A DNA stretch of 64,000 bases. It comes from Torpedo marmorata (lineage: Eukaryota). The DNA is taken from assembly GCA_977017645.1 (NCBI GenBank), contig OZ360236.1, forward strand, positions 67,828,001 through 67,892,000. Reading direction: 5' to 3'. Of the stretch, positions 1 to 11,687 are shown piece by piece (within the stretch, counting starts at the first letter, position 1; each line of letters starts with the position of its first letter). A program made the position numbers and the translations under genes. The notes under the pieces are model-generated. The model did not search any database. It was not told the DNA's origin and was given only the letters and a program-made list of their open reading frames with translations.

Positions 1-6
1 GCAACA

Positions 7-1536
7 ATGCACGCGGTGGATGAGGAGATACCTTTTCAGGTAGAGAGCGACGCATCGGACTTCGCGCTGGCTGCTACCCTCAACCAGGCGGGAAGGCCGG
101 TGGCGTTTTTCTCACGGACCCTTCAAGGCCCCGAAATTCGGCACTCCGCGGTAGAGAAAGAAGCCCAGGCCATAGTGGAAGCAATCAGGCACTGGAGGCA
201 CTATCTCGCCGGCAAGCATTTTACCCTGCTGACCGACCAACGCTCGGTGGCATTTATGTTCAACAACCAGCAGCGGGGTAAGATCAAAAATGATAAGATC
301 ATGAGGTGGAGAATAGAACTCTCCACCTACAATTACAACATCCTTTACCGGCCCGGGAAGCTCAATGAGCCCTCCGATGCTCTATCCCGGGGATCATGCG
401 CCAGCGCGCAGATCGACCGATTACATGCCCTACACGACGCCCTCTGCCACCCAGGGATTACCAGGCTCTTTCACTTTGTGAAGTCACAGAACCTGCCATA
501 CTCCCTGGAAGAGGTCAGGACATTGATCAGAGGTTGCCGGGTTTGCGCGGAGTGCAAACCTCAGTTCTACCGCCCCGACAGGGCACAGCTGATCAAAGCC
601 ACTCGCCCTTTTGAACGTCTCAGTATTGACTTCAAGGGGCCCCTTCCCTCCACGAACCGCAACGTGTACTTCTTAAACATTATCGATGAGTACTCGCGGT
701 TCCCCTTTGCCATCCCCTGCCCCGACACTTCGGCTACCTCAACCATAAAAGCTCTCCACCAGGTATTCGCGCTGTTTGGTTTCCCAAACTACATACATAG
801 CGACCGGGGAGCAGCTTTTATGAGTGAGGAGCTGCGACGGTACCTGCAGGCCCGAGGCATCGCCACTAGCAGGACCACCGGATACAACCCCCGGGGGAAT
901 GGACAGGTGGAAAGGGAGAACGCTACTGTATGGAAGGCCACGCTCTTGGCTCTCAAGTCCAAGGGATGGCCGGTTTCCCGCTGGCAGGAGGTTCTCCCCG
1001 AAGCCCTCCACTCTATCCGGTCCCTGCTGTGCACATCCACCAACGCAACCCCTCATGAACGATTTTTTTCCTTCCCCAGGAAGTCGACCACCGGAACCGC
1101 CCTACCTGCCTGGCTGACGTCCCCGGGACCAGTGCTGCTCCGCAATCACCTTCGGAGCAGCAAATATGAGCCGGCAGTCCAGAGGGTGCAGTTGGCGCAC
1201 GCCAACCCACAATATGCGTACGTGGTCTTCCCTGATGGGCGAGAGGACACTGTCTCGATTCGGGATCTGGCGCCCGCTGGGGCACCGGCAGAACATTCCG
1301 ACGGGCAAGACCACCTGCTGCAAAACCCCTCTAATTACCACCTGCTGCAAAACCCCTCTAATTCCCCACCCAGTGTGCCAGACCCAGCCCCCTCGCCGGG
1401 ACCACAGACATTCCAAGAGGCCAGGCAGGAGGCGACTGCACAGACAACCCTACCATCTCCCCCATCACCACAACCCGCCCCGCCACTACGCAGGTCACAG
1501 CGGCAAATTCGACCGCCGGATCGCCTTGACCTGTAA
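7..1536 (+). CDS. Ty3/Gypsy pol, 3' part (RNase H + integrase); element runs off the left edge of the window
   Basis: RNase H motifs (ESDASD, EKEAQA, LLTDQRS); integrase HHCC (HDALCH...CRVC) and D-D-E (SIDFKG, HSDRG, VERE); no chromodomain; close paralog of 16211-19984. Confidence 0.95.
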   Translation: MHAVDEEIPFQVESDASDFALAATLNQAGRPVAFFSRTLQGPEIRHSAVEKEAQAIVEAIRHWRHYLAGKHFTLLTDQRSVAFMFNNQQRGKIKNDKIMRWRIELSTYNYNILYRPGKLNEPSDALSRGSCASAQIDRLHALHDALCHPGITRLFHFVKSQNLPYSLEEVRTLIRGCRVCAECKPQFYRPDRAQLIKATRPFERLSIDFKGPLPSTNRNVYFLNIIDEYSRFPFAIPCPDTSATSTIKALHQVFALFGFPNYIHSDRGAAFMSEELRRYLQARGIATSRTTGYNPRGNGQVERENATVWKATLLALKSKGWPVSRWQEVLPEALHSIRSLLCTSTNATPHERFFSFPRKSTTGTALPAWLTSPGPVLLRNHLRSSKYEPAVQRVQLAHANPQYAYVVFPDGREDTVSIRDLAPAGAPAEHSDGQDHLLQNPSNYHLLQNPSNSPPSVPDPAPSPGPQTFQEARQEATAQTTLPSPPSPQPAPPLRRSQRQIRPPDRLDL

Positions 1537-1629
1537 AAAGGGCTTGTATATATATTTCTGTATTATATTTACTGTGTGTTTTCTGTAACTTAATTAGAGT
1601 GGTCACGTCACCCCGCTGGACTCTTTTTT

Positions 1630-1641
1630 AAAAAGGAGGGG
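1630..1641 (+). promoter_or_regulatory. Polypurine tract of Gypsy element 1
   Basis: AAAAAGGAGGGG, 4 nt before the LTR start; same layout at about 20063-20074. Confidence 0.85.
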
Positions 1642-1645
1642 TGAA

Positions 1646-1896
1646 TGTGGTAAACCACTGTTTGTGTATTGTGGTGTAGGTATGTACTGCAGGCTGTCCC
1701 GATGTCTACTCCCTCCCCTCCCTTGGGTGTCCAGGTAATCCCTCCCCTTTCCTCACCTGAATAAAGGCCACTGTATCACGGCCACTCCTCCAGTCCGGGT
1801 CAGATCTGCTGGAAAGTACTGCTTAGTTCTAAGGTAATAAAAGCCTATGGTTCACTCACGCTCATAGCCTTCGAGTGTTTATTGATAGGCCTATCA
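1646..1896 (+). mobile_element. 3' LTR of Gypsy element 1 (251 bp)
   Basis: TGTGGTAAACCAC...TGATAGGCCTATCA termini shared with the other LTRs; internal GAATAAAGG and AATAAAAGCC. Confidence 0.9.
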
Positions 1897-2669
1897 CACG
1901 TCCCTGCCCGAGGTGTGCACACAGATGACTCACACCAGCAACACCAAAGCAACTGCACCGTTTTCACACACAATTTCTAAGCCCACGTCATCTTAAGGAA
2001 AATCTACAAATATTTTATAAGGATTTTGTGAAAAATCAATGATTTGGAAATCCATTGGGTCTGAAAGTCCTGCTGTAAACAAACTCTTTAAAAGCTCTGG
2101 TGCATACTGCTCAATCACATGGTAACATATCAATAACCAAAATCCATGAATTAAATATGGGAGGCTCCAACATCTTGCAATCAGAGAACCTTGTTCAAAA
2201 ATGTAAGAAATGTTATCTCCTACTCCAAAATATCAATACACAGATAAAATCTTTGTATTGTCAGGAATGAAATGCCTGGAGAATGGCACATTGAGATTAC
2301 ATTGAGATACTGTAATGTTTGATTCCATTCCCTATCCAGTTTGTTAGTCTAATGCATTGAACTTTTCATCTAACGAGCAAATAGCCCTCTAATTATTGGT
2401 TGTTCAGATACCTTCTGCTTGAAAGCCTCACCCCCTCAATAGATGGCTTTAACATTCCAGTATGTGTCTCACATGTTGATAGTGAATTGCTTAATCTCTG
2501 CCACAAAGCAGACTCTACCAGGCTGGTTAACTCTGAAAATTTACTTTCTGTCATAGTAGTGTAATTTAGATTGATGGAAGTTTAAGCATGCAATACGAAC
2601 TGAATGGTAATCTTGGCTCAGAGAGGCAATGATAGATTAATGTGAAAGCTGTCAGCATAATAGAAACCA

Positions 2670-2960
2670 TGTTTTCATAAGACATTGGAACAGAATTAGG
2701 CCTTTCAGCCCATCTACTCTGCTCTTCCATGCAAATCATAGCTGATGTATTTTTCCTTTTAACCCCATTCTCCTTGCCTTTTCCTCATAACCTACCAATC
2801 AAGAACCTGTCAACCAACACTTCAAATATACTTAATGACTTGCTTCCACAGCCGTGGCAACGAATTCCACAGATTTACTCCCCTCTGGCTCCTCATCTCT
2901 TTTCTAAAGGGACACCCTTTTATTCTGATGCTGTGCCTTTGGTCCTCGACTCTCCCACTA
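2670..2960 (-). mobile_element. Degraded CR1-type LINE 3' tail
   Basis: Reverse-strand similarity to the CR1 3' ends at 4780-5070 and 40735-41290. Confidence 0.5.
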
Positions 2961-4089
2961 CAAGACCTTCATTTATGTAGCTTTAACCATATTAGATTTC
3001 AAACAAGATCTCTATTTATGTAACTTTATCCATATTATAATTATCCAAAAGTCAAGTGAAATGCAGTTTCATTTGCAGGAGGAATCATCATATGCTTAAA
3101 CCGTTGGCCATGTCTCCCTTAAGTGTCTCATTGGCCACGTTCCTTCTTGATCTGTCTCTTGCTTTCTCTTTGTGGTTTGTGTCACTTCCTCAATTTCTGT
3201 TTGTCTAATTGTCCTTGTTTCTCTACTGAACTGAGATAAAGTGAAGGTTTGAGAGATTAAATCAGTGTGACTGGGGAAAATACAGAGTCAAAGCAATGGA
3301 CGGGGGAAACTGACAAAGAAAGAGATAGGAGAGAGAGGGAGAGAATGAATGCTGGAAATATTCATTAGATCAGACAGGTTTGTATATTTTCTCTCTCTCC
3401 CTCCCTCTCCCTGAATAAGAATCGGCAAACAATCATGACAAACATGCATTAATTTTGGGACACACAGTGAAACAATGGCCAACCAAAATGAACATGAGAC
3501 TGAAGGGAGACATTGATATTTTTGCAAAAAATAGCAATACCCTTGAGAACTGGGAGGGTTTTGGAAATGCGTGAAGTATGGCTATAAAATGATGGTAAAA
3601 CAAAATAAAAACTGAGAATAAATCAATAAGAATTAGAAAAAGTTTCTGAAGTTATGTCTGGATTCTAACTGCACTGGCACCAAGTCTGTAATAACAATTC
3701 CAGTATTTCCCCCACTCTGATATAATGCTGACTGGTGTATGGATCCCTTTCCCTCTCTCCCAACTTTCTTGAATGGCAAGGATGAATTGGTCACCTTTCA
3801 CTCCAAGGGAGCTCTTCTATAACCTGTGGCATGTTGGGACCACCATCACAATAAAGATCTCTTTGCATTCTCTGACGATTTTTTCCTAATTTGCCTACTT
3901 AATGTTGTCATTCTCCATATTTTTTATAAAAACATCCCTGTAGTTAGTTATAACAACAAAAACATTTTTCGTAAGCCCAGTTTACATGTATCAATATACC
4001 TACAAGGCTAAAACTCTATGCTAATTTACTTTTTGAACCTTCTAATGCGCTCCAGTCAGAACTGTCATTATTACCAAATTATAATGATG

Positions 4090-4360
4090 CTTTGAATCAC
4101 GTGGTTTCGTCTGCACGCGCTACAAGCACGCGCTGTTGTTTTTGTTGCTGCTGGTGTTTTTATAGTCGCTGCTTTTATCAAAATTTTCTGATGTTTTAGC
4201 TACAATATTGTGGTAATTAGTATTTGTGAACCTACATCAATAACTTTTTTGAGAATGAAGTAGTAATTAAAGGAAAAGAAGGAGAAAAATCATGGGGGGA
4301 GGGGGGGGGTGATACCATAAGTTACCGCACTGGGTGACACCAACCCTAGTGACGCCACTG
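4090..4360. mobile_element. One end of a hAT-type DNA transposon
   Basis: Ends ...GGTGACACCAACCCTAGTGACGCCACTG (CAGTGGCGT-type terminus on the - strand); partner end not found; left boundary approximate. Confidence 0.5.
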
Positions 4361-4779
4361 TTTAAAACCTTAAATTTCATCAATATATCTTTCCATTTAA
4401 AATCAGGAAATGCTGCAAACACTCAGCATGTTGGGCAGAATCTATGGAGAGAGAAACGGAGCTAATCTTTCAGGTTGTCAAGGGTTCAGAAATGGCATAG
4501 ACAGCAATAGTTGAATCATTAACCATGATAACTGTTCAAAATGAAAGTGGAAGCACTGGTTCCAATTGAAATTGAAAATCTTAATTCAGTCAGATTCCAA
4601 GATCAGGCGATATTGGTTCTTCCAGCAAGATATTAGCAGAAAAATGGATATTAGCACAAATATTTCAGGGATCCCCCTGATAAACACAATTCTATAAATG
4701 AAATCTTTCATCAAGTAGAAATAAGTTAGGTTGGAATTCTGAAAATACTTCCACTGCTCAAGTTAGAGGAAGAAAATAA

Positions 4780-5070
4780 AGGATGTTTTTTCGTAATCGA
4801 GGCATGAGAAATTAAGCAAGGACATATTCTGTTGTGAGCCTCCAAGGAGGACGTCTAGAATTCTCCACACCAGAGGTCTGTGGAGGTTAGATCACTGGAG
4901 GCATTTAAAAATAAGGCAGCTCATTTTTTGTAAGACTGAGATCTATGGGGAAGTGACACAGAAGAGGAGTTGAGGGAAGTAGAAGAGCAGATCAGCCCTG
5001 ATCATATTGAATGGCAGGACAGGCTTGAAGGGGCAGAGAGCCCACACCTGCTCTCTGTTCTTGTGTTCAC
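4780..5070 (+). mobile_element. Degraded CR1 LINE 3' end
   Basis: Similar to the typical CR1 3' sequence (GAATTCTCCAC...GATCAGCCCTGATCATATTGAATGGCAG...GGCTTGAAGGG). Confidence 0.55.
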
Positions 5071-5812
5071 TACAACCCTGTCAAGTCGGATTTGGGCTTA
5101 GGAATCTGGCTTCGTTCACATTCCAGCCACAGGCTCTCAGAAGTCACGCTATCTCACGGCAACACTGAGGAAAAATGAATTGTGATTGGATTTTATTTAT
5201 TGTTCCAAACCGAACAAGCTGAAACTGCTCTCAGGTCAAGCAACATGAGTGGAGCAATAAATAGAGTTATTGTTTCAGCTCAATGATTTTCCATCTTAAT
5301 GGTGAAGAAGTAATATTGAAAATGTTTTGATTAAGTACAGAAGAAATTAAAGCTGAATGAGGAAACCATACATCAAAGGAAGGGCCGATGATAAAGTGGC
5401 AAAAGGAATGATAAGGGAAGGCAAAAAGCAGGCAGAACTTGGAAAGTAATGAAAACAGATGGGACTAGAGGGAGTGTAAACAGCAAAAGCAAAATCATTA
5501 CCAAACGTTATCGTGAAACACATCCATTTAGTCCACTAATATACTTTAAGCTTCTTTAAATATTTTATTTAAAATTTTAAATTACAAAATACATAAGGTA
5601 AAATATGAAATTATCAAAATACTTGTGATACATTTTCACCCCCCCTCCCCTCCCTAACCCTCCCATCCCTACTAATCTACTAAAATAAGAAGAAAAAAAG
5701 AAAGAAAGAAAAAAAATAGAGTAAGGAGAATGTCAATCTAAAAAAACCAACTATAAACTGATTTTATTGTGGAAGATAGGTTCGCCAGTCAGATCTGATA
5801 TCCAGAGATATT

Positions 5813-8800
5813 CGCATCCTTAAACCAACAGTTTTTATATATGGGCTCCATATTTTCAAAAAGAAATGATATTTATTACATAAATTATAAGTAATTTTTT
5901 TTCAAGTGGTATACATGAATGAAGTTCTGCATGCCATCTTTCTAACCCTAAATCTACATCAGATTTCCATGTAATAGCAATGCATTTCTTAGAAACAGCT
6001 AAAGCAATTCGCAAAAATTATATTTGATACATATTTAATTTCATCTTAATACTAATTCTTTTAATATCTCCAAACAAAAATATCATAGGGTCCATTGGAA
6101 GTGTAATACTAAATACTTTATCTAAAAAGTTTTTAACTTTCAACCAAAAATCATAAATCTTTGGACAAAACCATGTAGAATGTACAAAAGAACCTTCCTC
6201 TCTGTTACATCTAAAACATAAACCTGATAATGTTGAATTAAATTTCTTTAATTTTTTGGGCGTTAAATATAATTGATGAAAAAAATTATATTGAACTAAC
6301 CTATATCTAACGTTAATAATCTTCGTCATACTTAGTTTACATAATTCTTTCAAATGTTCTTCGTCTATTGTTACATTCAAATCTGATTCCCATTTTAATC
6401 TTGATTTATGAATTCCTACTTTAGGGATTTTTCTCGGAAACAATCTATACATTTGAGAAATAAATTTATTTACACCTCCATTAGTAACTAATAATTCTAG
6501 TTCACTCTGTCTTGGTAAAGTCAAACTATAACCTAACTTCCCAACTAAAAATGCTCTAATTTGGTAATAAGCAAAAAGTGTATTATTCAATACATTAAAC
6601 TTATCTTTCATTCTTTGAAAAGTAATAAATTTACCAGCTTCAAAACAATCATTTATTTTCTTAATTCCCTTTTGGAACCAAATTTTAAATAATTGATTAT
6701 CAACAGTAAATGGAATAAGTTTATTTTGATATAAAGGCATTTTTGGAGAAATCAACCCTTTCCCTCCTGTCTCCCTATCCACTCTATTCCATATTTCTAA
6801 CAAATGTTTAAAAATAGGAGAATTCTTCCCTTTTTTTTTATAATAATTTAGAATTCAATTTATAAATAACTTCTTCTTTCAAATCTTCTCCTATATTATT
6901 TAATTTTATTCTAATCCAAGCAGAAGACTTAGCTAAATCAAACATTTCATTAACAAATTTTAATTGAGCTGCTTTATAATAATTTTGAAAATTAGGAAGT
7001 TGCAAACCACCCATTTCATATTTCCAAGTTAACTTCTCCATACCTACTCTAGCCAACTTTTCTTTCCACAAAAACTTCCTAATAATTAAATTTAAATCTT
7101 TAAAAAATTTCGAAGGGATTTCGTAAGGAATTGATTGAAAAAGATATTGAATACTTGGAAAGACATTAATTTTAATACAGTTTACCCTTCCTATTAAAGT
7201 TATAGGTAAGTCCTTCCAATTTTCTAAATCTTTTTTAATTTTCATAAATAATGGTAAATAATTTAAGTTATATAAATTAGATAATTTTGTATCAATCTTT
7301 ATTCCCAAATATTTAATTCCTTCCTTTGACCATTTAAATTGTGTAATTTCTTTACATTTACTATAATCCCCTTGTGTCAATGCCATAATTTCACTTTTAT
7401 CAGAATTAATCTTATAACCAGATATTTCCCCATATTCTCTCAATAAAACAGTCAATTGTGTTAAAGAAGTAATAGGTTTTGTCATATAAATCAATACATC
7501 ATCTGCAAATAAACTAATTTTATGCTCTTCTCTTCCAACTTTAATACCTGCAATCTTAATATCTTGTCTAATTAATTCTGCCAAAGGTTCTATTGCTAAA
7601 ATAAACAATGCTGGCGACAAAGGACATCCTTGTCTAGTTGACCTAGTCAAAGAAAATTTTGAAGAAATTTGTCCATTTGTCACCACTTTAGCAGATGGTT
7701 CTTTATATATAGTTTTAATCCAATTAATAAATGTAGTTCCAAAACCAAATTTCCCCAATACCTTAAATAAATAATTCCACTCTAATCTATCAAAAGCCTT
7801 TTCAGCATCTAATGTTAATACTAATGCTAGATCATCTTTTTTTTCCCACATTTATTAAACTAATTAATCTAGCTATATTATCTTTTGAATATCTATTCTT
7901 AATAAAACCAGCTTGATCTACATGGATTAAATCTGGTAAATAATTAGCCACTCTATTTGCTAAAATTTTTGCCATTATCTTATAATCCACATTTAACAAT
8001 GAAATTGGTCGAAATGATTCTGTTTTCAACACATCTCTACTTTTTTTGGTATAACTGTAATTATTGCATTCGAAAATGTTTCCGGTAACGAATGAGTTTC
8101 CGTTATTTGTTTCAACACCTCCATATATGGAGGTATCAATAAATCTTTAAACTCCTTATAAAATTCTGATGGGAAACCATCCTCCCCTGGAGATTTACCA
8201 CTCGTTAAAGAACTAAGAACATCATTAACTTCCCTCATTGAGAAAGACGAATCTAAAAGTTCTTTACTTTGAGTATTTAATCTAGGTAACTTAATTTTAG
8301 ATAAAAATTCATTAATTTTAGAATCATCTTTATCAATCTGAGATTTATATAAATCCAAATAAAAATCCTTAAAAGAATCATTTATTTCTCGAGGTTTATA
8401 TGTTATTTTCTTAGTTCTTTTTTATAGCATTTATAGTTCTAGAAGTTTGATCTTTCTTTAATTGCCACGCCAACACTCTATGTGCTCTTTCTCCCAATTC
8501 ATAATATCTTTGCTGAGTTCTTTCAATTAATTTTTCCATTTTATATGTTTGTAACATATTATAATGCAATTTTTTCCCAGTTAAATTTTTCCTCTTTTCT
8601 TCTGATCTCTTTTTTTGCAAGTCCTTCTCCAAAAATTCAATCTCCCTCTCCAAATTATCCACCTCCTGAACATATTCTTTCTTAATTTTTGCTGAATAGC
8701 TTATTATTTGGCCTCTTAAATAAGCCTTTAAAGCTTCCCAAATAATAAATTTATTATCAATCGAATTAGAATTAATTTGTAAAAATTCTTGAATTTCTCT

Positions 8801-9594
8801 TATATAATCACAAAAATCCATTCTTTTTAATAAAGAGGAATTAAATCTCCACCTATATATAGTTTTTTCTTTTTCTGGAATTATACAAGACATTAATAAA
8901 GGCGAATGATCAGAAATTATTCTTGCTTTATAACGTGCTTGTGTTACCCTATCTTGAACTTGTGAGGACAATAAAAACATATCTATCCTAGAATATGAAT
9001 CATGTCTAAAAGAATAAAAAGAATAATCTTTTTCTCTAGGGTTCAACTTTCTCCAAATATCTATCAAGTTTAATTCTTTCTTCAAAATAAGAATTCTTTT
9101 AGCAATTTTAGATTTAACAACTGATTTTGATGTTTTATCCATTATCGGATCTAAACAAAATTAAAATCCCCACCAATTAAAATATTATCATTAGCTTCTG
9201 ACAAATGCATAAAAGAATCTTGAATAAATTGTTCATCTTCCATATTTGGTACATATATATTCATAAGTGTCCACATTTCTGAATATATCTGACAATGTAT
9301 TAAAACATATCTACCTACCACATCTATAACCACAGATTGTATTTTAAAAGGTAACTTTTTATTAACTAATATAGCAACTCCTCTTGCTTTAGAATTAAAT
9401 TAAGAAGCAACCACTTGGCCAACCCAATCTCTCTTCAACTTCTGATGTTCTGAATCTGTCAAATGTGACTCTTGTAAAAAAGCTATATCTACATTTAACT
9501 TTTTAATATACGCTAAAGTTTTCTTCCTTTTAATCGGGTTATTTAGCCCATTTATATTAATACTTACTACATTTATTGTTTTACTATCCATCAT
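5813..9594 (-). pseudogene. L1-A ORF2 (APE endonuclease + reverse transcriptase + C-terminal Cys/His motif), frameshifted
   Basis: SININGL, FLQESH, GGDFN, SRIDMF, SDHSP; RPISLLNVDYK, DAEKAFD, QGCPLSP, FADD; CFRC...HSTWFC; split over about 7 ORFs. Confidence 0.93.
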
Positions 9595-9874
9595 TACTAA
9601 ATCTTAATAACTCTCTCTCCATCAGATCCACCAGCACCCTCCTCCACATTCGTAATCTATTTGACATCTACTTAAAAAGAAAAAGAAAGAAAAAGAAAAT
9701 AAAAAAGAAACAAAACCCCACTGTATACAATACTGGCAAAATTACCCCAGTATTACCCCCCTCCATTACTCGGGTAGTGGCCCTCGCCACTAAGGTGGTA
9801 TGCGGCTAGGAAGGAGAAAACAAAAAGTTCACCCCCCCCCAAACAGATTTTACATAACATTTATTATCATATCT

Positions 9875-11297
9875 TCATTTAGCTTCTTCAAGGTCCTTAT
9901 GAACTTGGTCTTCACCAATCTCGATCTCGGCCTCATCCTCTTTTCCTGAAGTACTTGGCAAAGAAACTTGCGACGGTGAAATATCTTGAACTTGGTGATG
10001 TTCCATCAAATCTTGATCTTTCTTCAAATACGGAAGAGAATTTGCATGTTGGAGCGCTTGTTGACAATCTGTAAAAAAACAAGATCGATTCCCTGTAGAC
10101 TGAACCTTCAAAACCACAGGATATCTAAACGAAAACTTATACCCCTTATTCCAAAAAATCGCTTTTGCTGGATTAAATTCCTTTCGTTTATTAACTATAA
10201 CTGAACTCAAATCATGATAAAATAAAACTCTATTCCCCTGAACCAACAATGGACCATTCTGAGACTTAGCGTTTTGAATAGCTAATTTCAATACCTTCTC
10301 TTTATCCGGATATCGAAGACATTTAACTAAAACTGAACGTGGTCTTTGACCAACATACGGTTTCCCCCTACCAACTCTATGTGCTCTCTCTAACTCCAGT
10401 CCATACTTAAAATTATCAATACCCAGAGCATCTGGAATCCATTTTTGAAAGAATTCAGTCGTATCATACCCTTCGAAATTTTCAGGTAATCCCACAATTT
10501 TGATATTGTTCCTCCGGCTCTGATTGTCCAATACATCCAGCTTTTGTAAAAGTTCATTTCTTTGCTGCTCCCAAACTGTAAATGAATCTTCTACTTTATC
10601 AACTCTATCTTTATAATCCACCATTTCTTCATAATTTTCTTTAACCTCTTTTTCAATTTCTTGAACTTTCACTTTTACTGTATTCACAGTATTTGTCTGT
10701 CTTCTCATATCTTGCTTAATATCTTTCATTTCTTCTTCAATTCCATTAAGTCTAAGTTCCAAACGATATTCCATCGTTGACATCCTCTTTGTCATGTTAT
10801 CAATAGCCTTAAGTATTTGTTGAGCTACCGATATTTCATTCTCTTCTCCACTTGAATCTTCAGTCTCTCCCTCCATTTCTCCCATTTCTTCTTCCATTAT
10901 TCCTTTCTTCTCTATTTTTATCTTCTGAATCTGATGAAATTTCAAGTCCCACAACATATTGTAATGATTGTGGAACGTTTCCTTTGCCGTCAGCCTTATC
11001 TGACAGCTCCCGTTGTCTATCGCGCATGCGCACCGTTTCGCGCATGCGCGGTTGCTCAGTTGAAATTTGTAGTTTTGTAGTCTTCCTTCGAGCACCGGCG
11101 CCATCTTCCCCAGCTCCCCGGGATGGCAGCGCCGGAGCTTCAGTCGCTCTAGGCGCCCTCGTCCGAGTAGTTCTAGGAGGGAGAGAAACTTGAACCTGAG
11201 GCTCCATCAAGCAGGTAGGCCGATCTTCTTGTTGAAATAAACTTTGTTGAAGCATTACTTTCCTTGCCTTTTGTTCTTTCGTTTTTCTTGTAGCCAT
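9875..11297 (-). pseudogene. L1-A ORF1 (coiled coil + RRM/CTD), one frameshift near 10900
   Basis: MATRKTK start at 11297; coiled-coil heptads; DNQSRRNNIKIVGLPE, LERAHR, RYPVVLKV motifs typical of L1 ORF1p. Confidence 0.88.
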
Positions 11298-11352
11298 TGT
11301 TAAGCCTTTAATAAACACTCTTAACTTATTTTAAAACGAAATAAATTATCTT

Positions 11353-11585
11353 TGTGGTAAACCACTGTATATGTGTTGTGAGCTAGGGATAGGTTTGGAC
11401 ATGCCCTGCTGACTGTCCCGGTGACTCCTCCTACAATCCCCTTGAATAAAGGCCATTGTGCCACAACTCCTCCCCCAGTCCGGGACAGATCAGCAGCTCG
11501 AATGTAGCTCCATTCTATAACCAATAAAAGCCTTTCAGTTCATATACAACTTCCAGTCTTTTGGGAGTCATTGATAGGTGTATCA
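11353..11585 (+). repeat. 5' LTR of element 2 (233 bp)
   Basis: TGT...TCA; differs from the 3' LTR by 3 substitutions and one 12-bp indel. Confidence 0.95.
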
Positions 11586-11607
11586 ATTTTATTGGTTATA
11601 CTGTCAA

Positions 11608-11687
11608 ATGGAGAGCGTCCTGAGACCGGACAAGCTGGATATCGATCCGCTGGCACCAGACGCCAGTAACGCTTTCGAACTCTGGCT
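11608..11687 (+). pseudogene. True N-terminus of element 2 gag (MESVLRPDKLDIDPLAPDASNAFELWL), cut off by the L1-B insertion
   Basis: ATG 22 nt after the LTR; joins in frame with 16177 onward once L1-B and one TSD copy are removed. Confidence 0.88.

Noticed and set aside
11593-11610. TGG-initiated canonical tRNA PBS
   Set aside because: It begins 7 nt from the LTR, its complement does not resemble a tRNA 3' end I recognise, and the 14-nt match to the LTR explains it better; a tRNA search is still needed.
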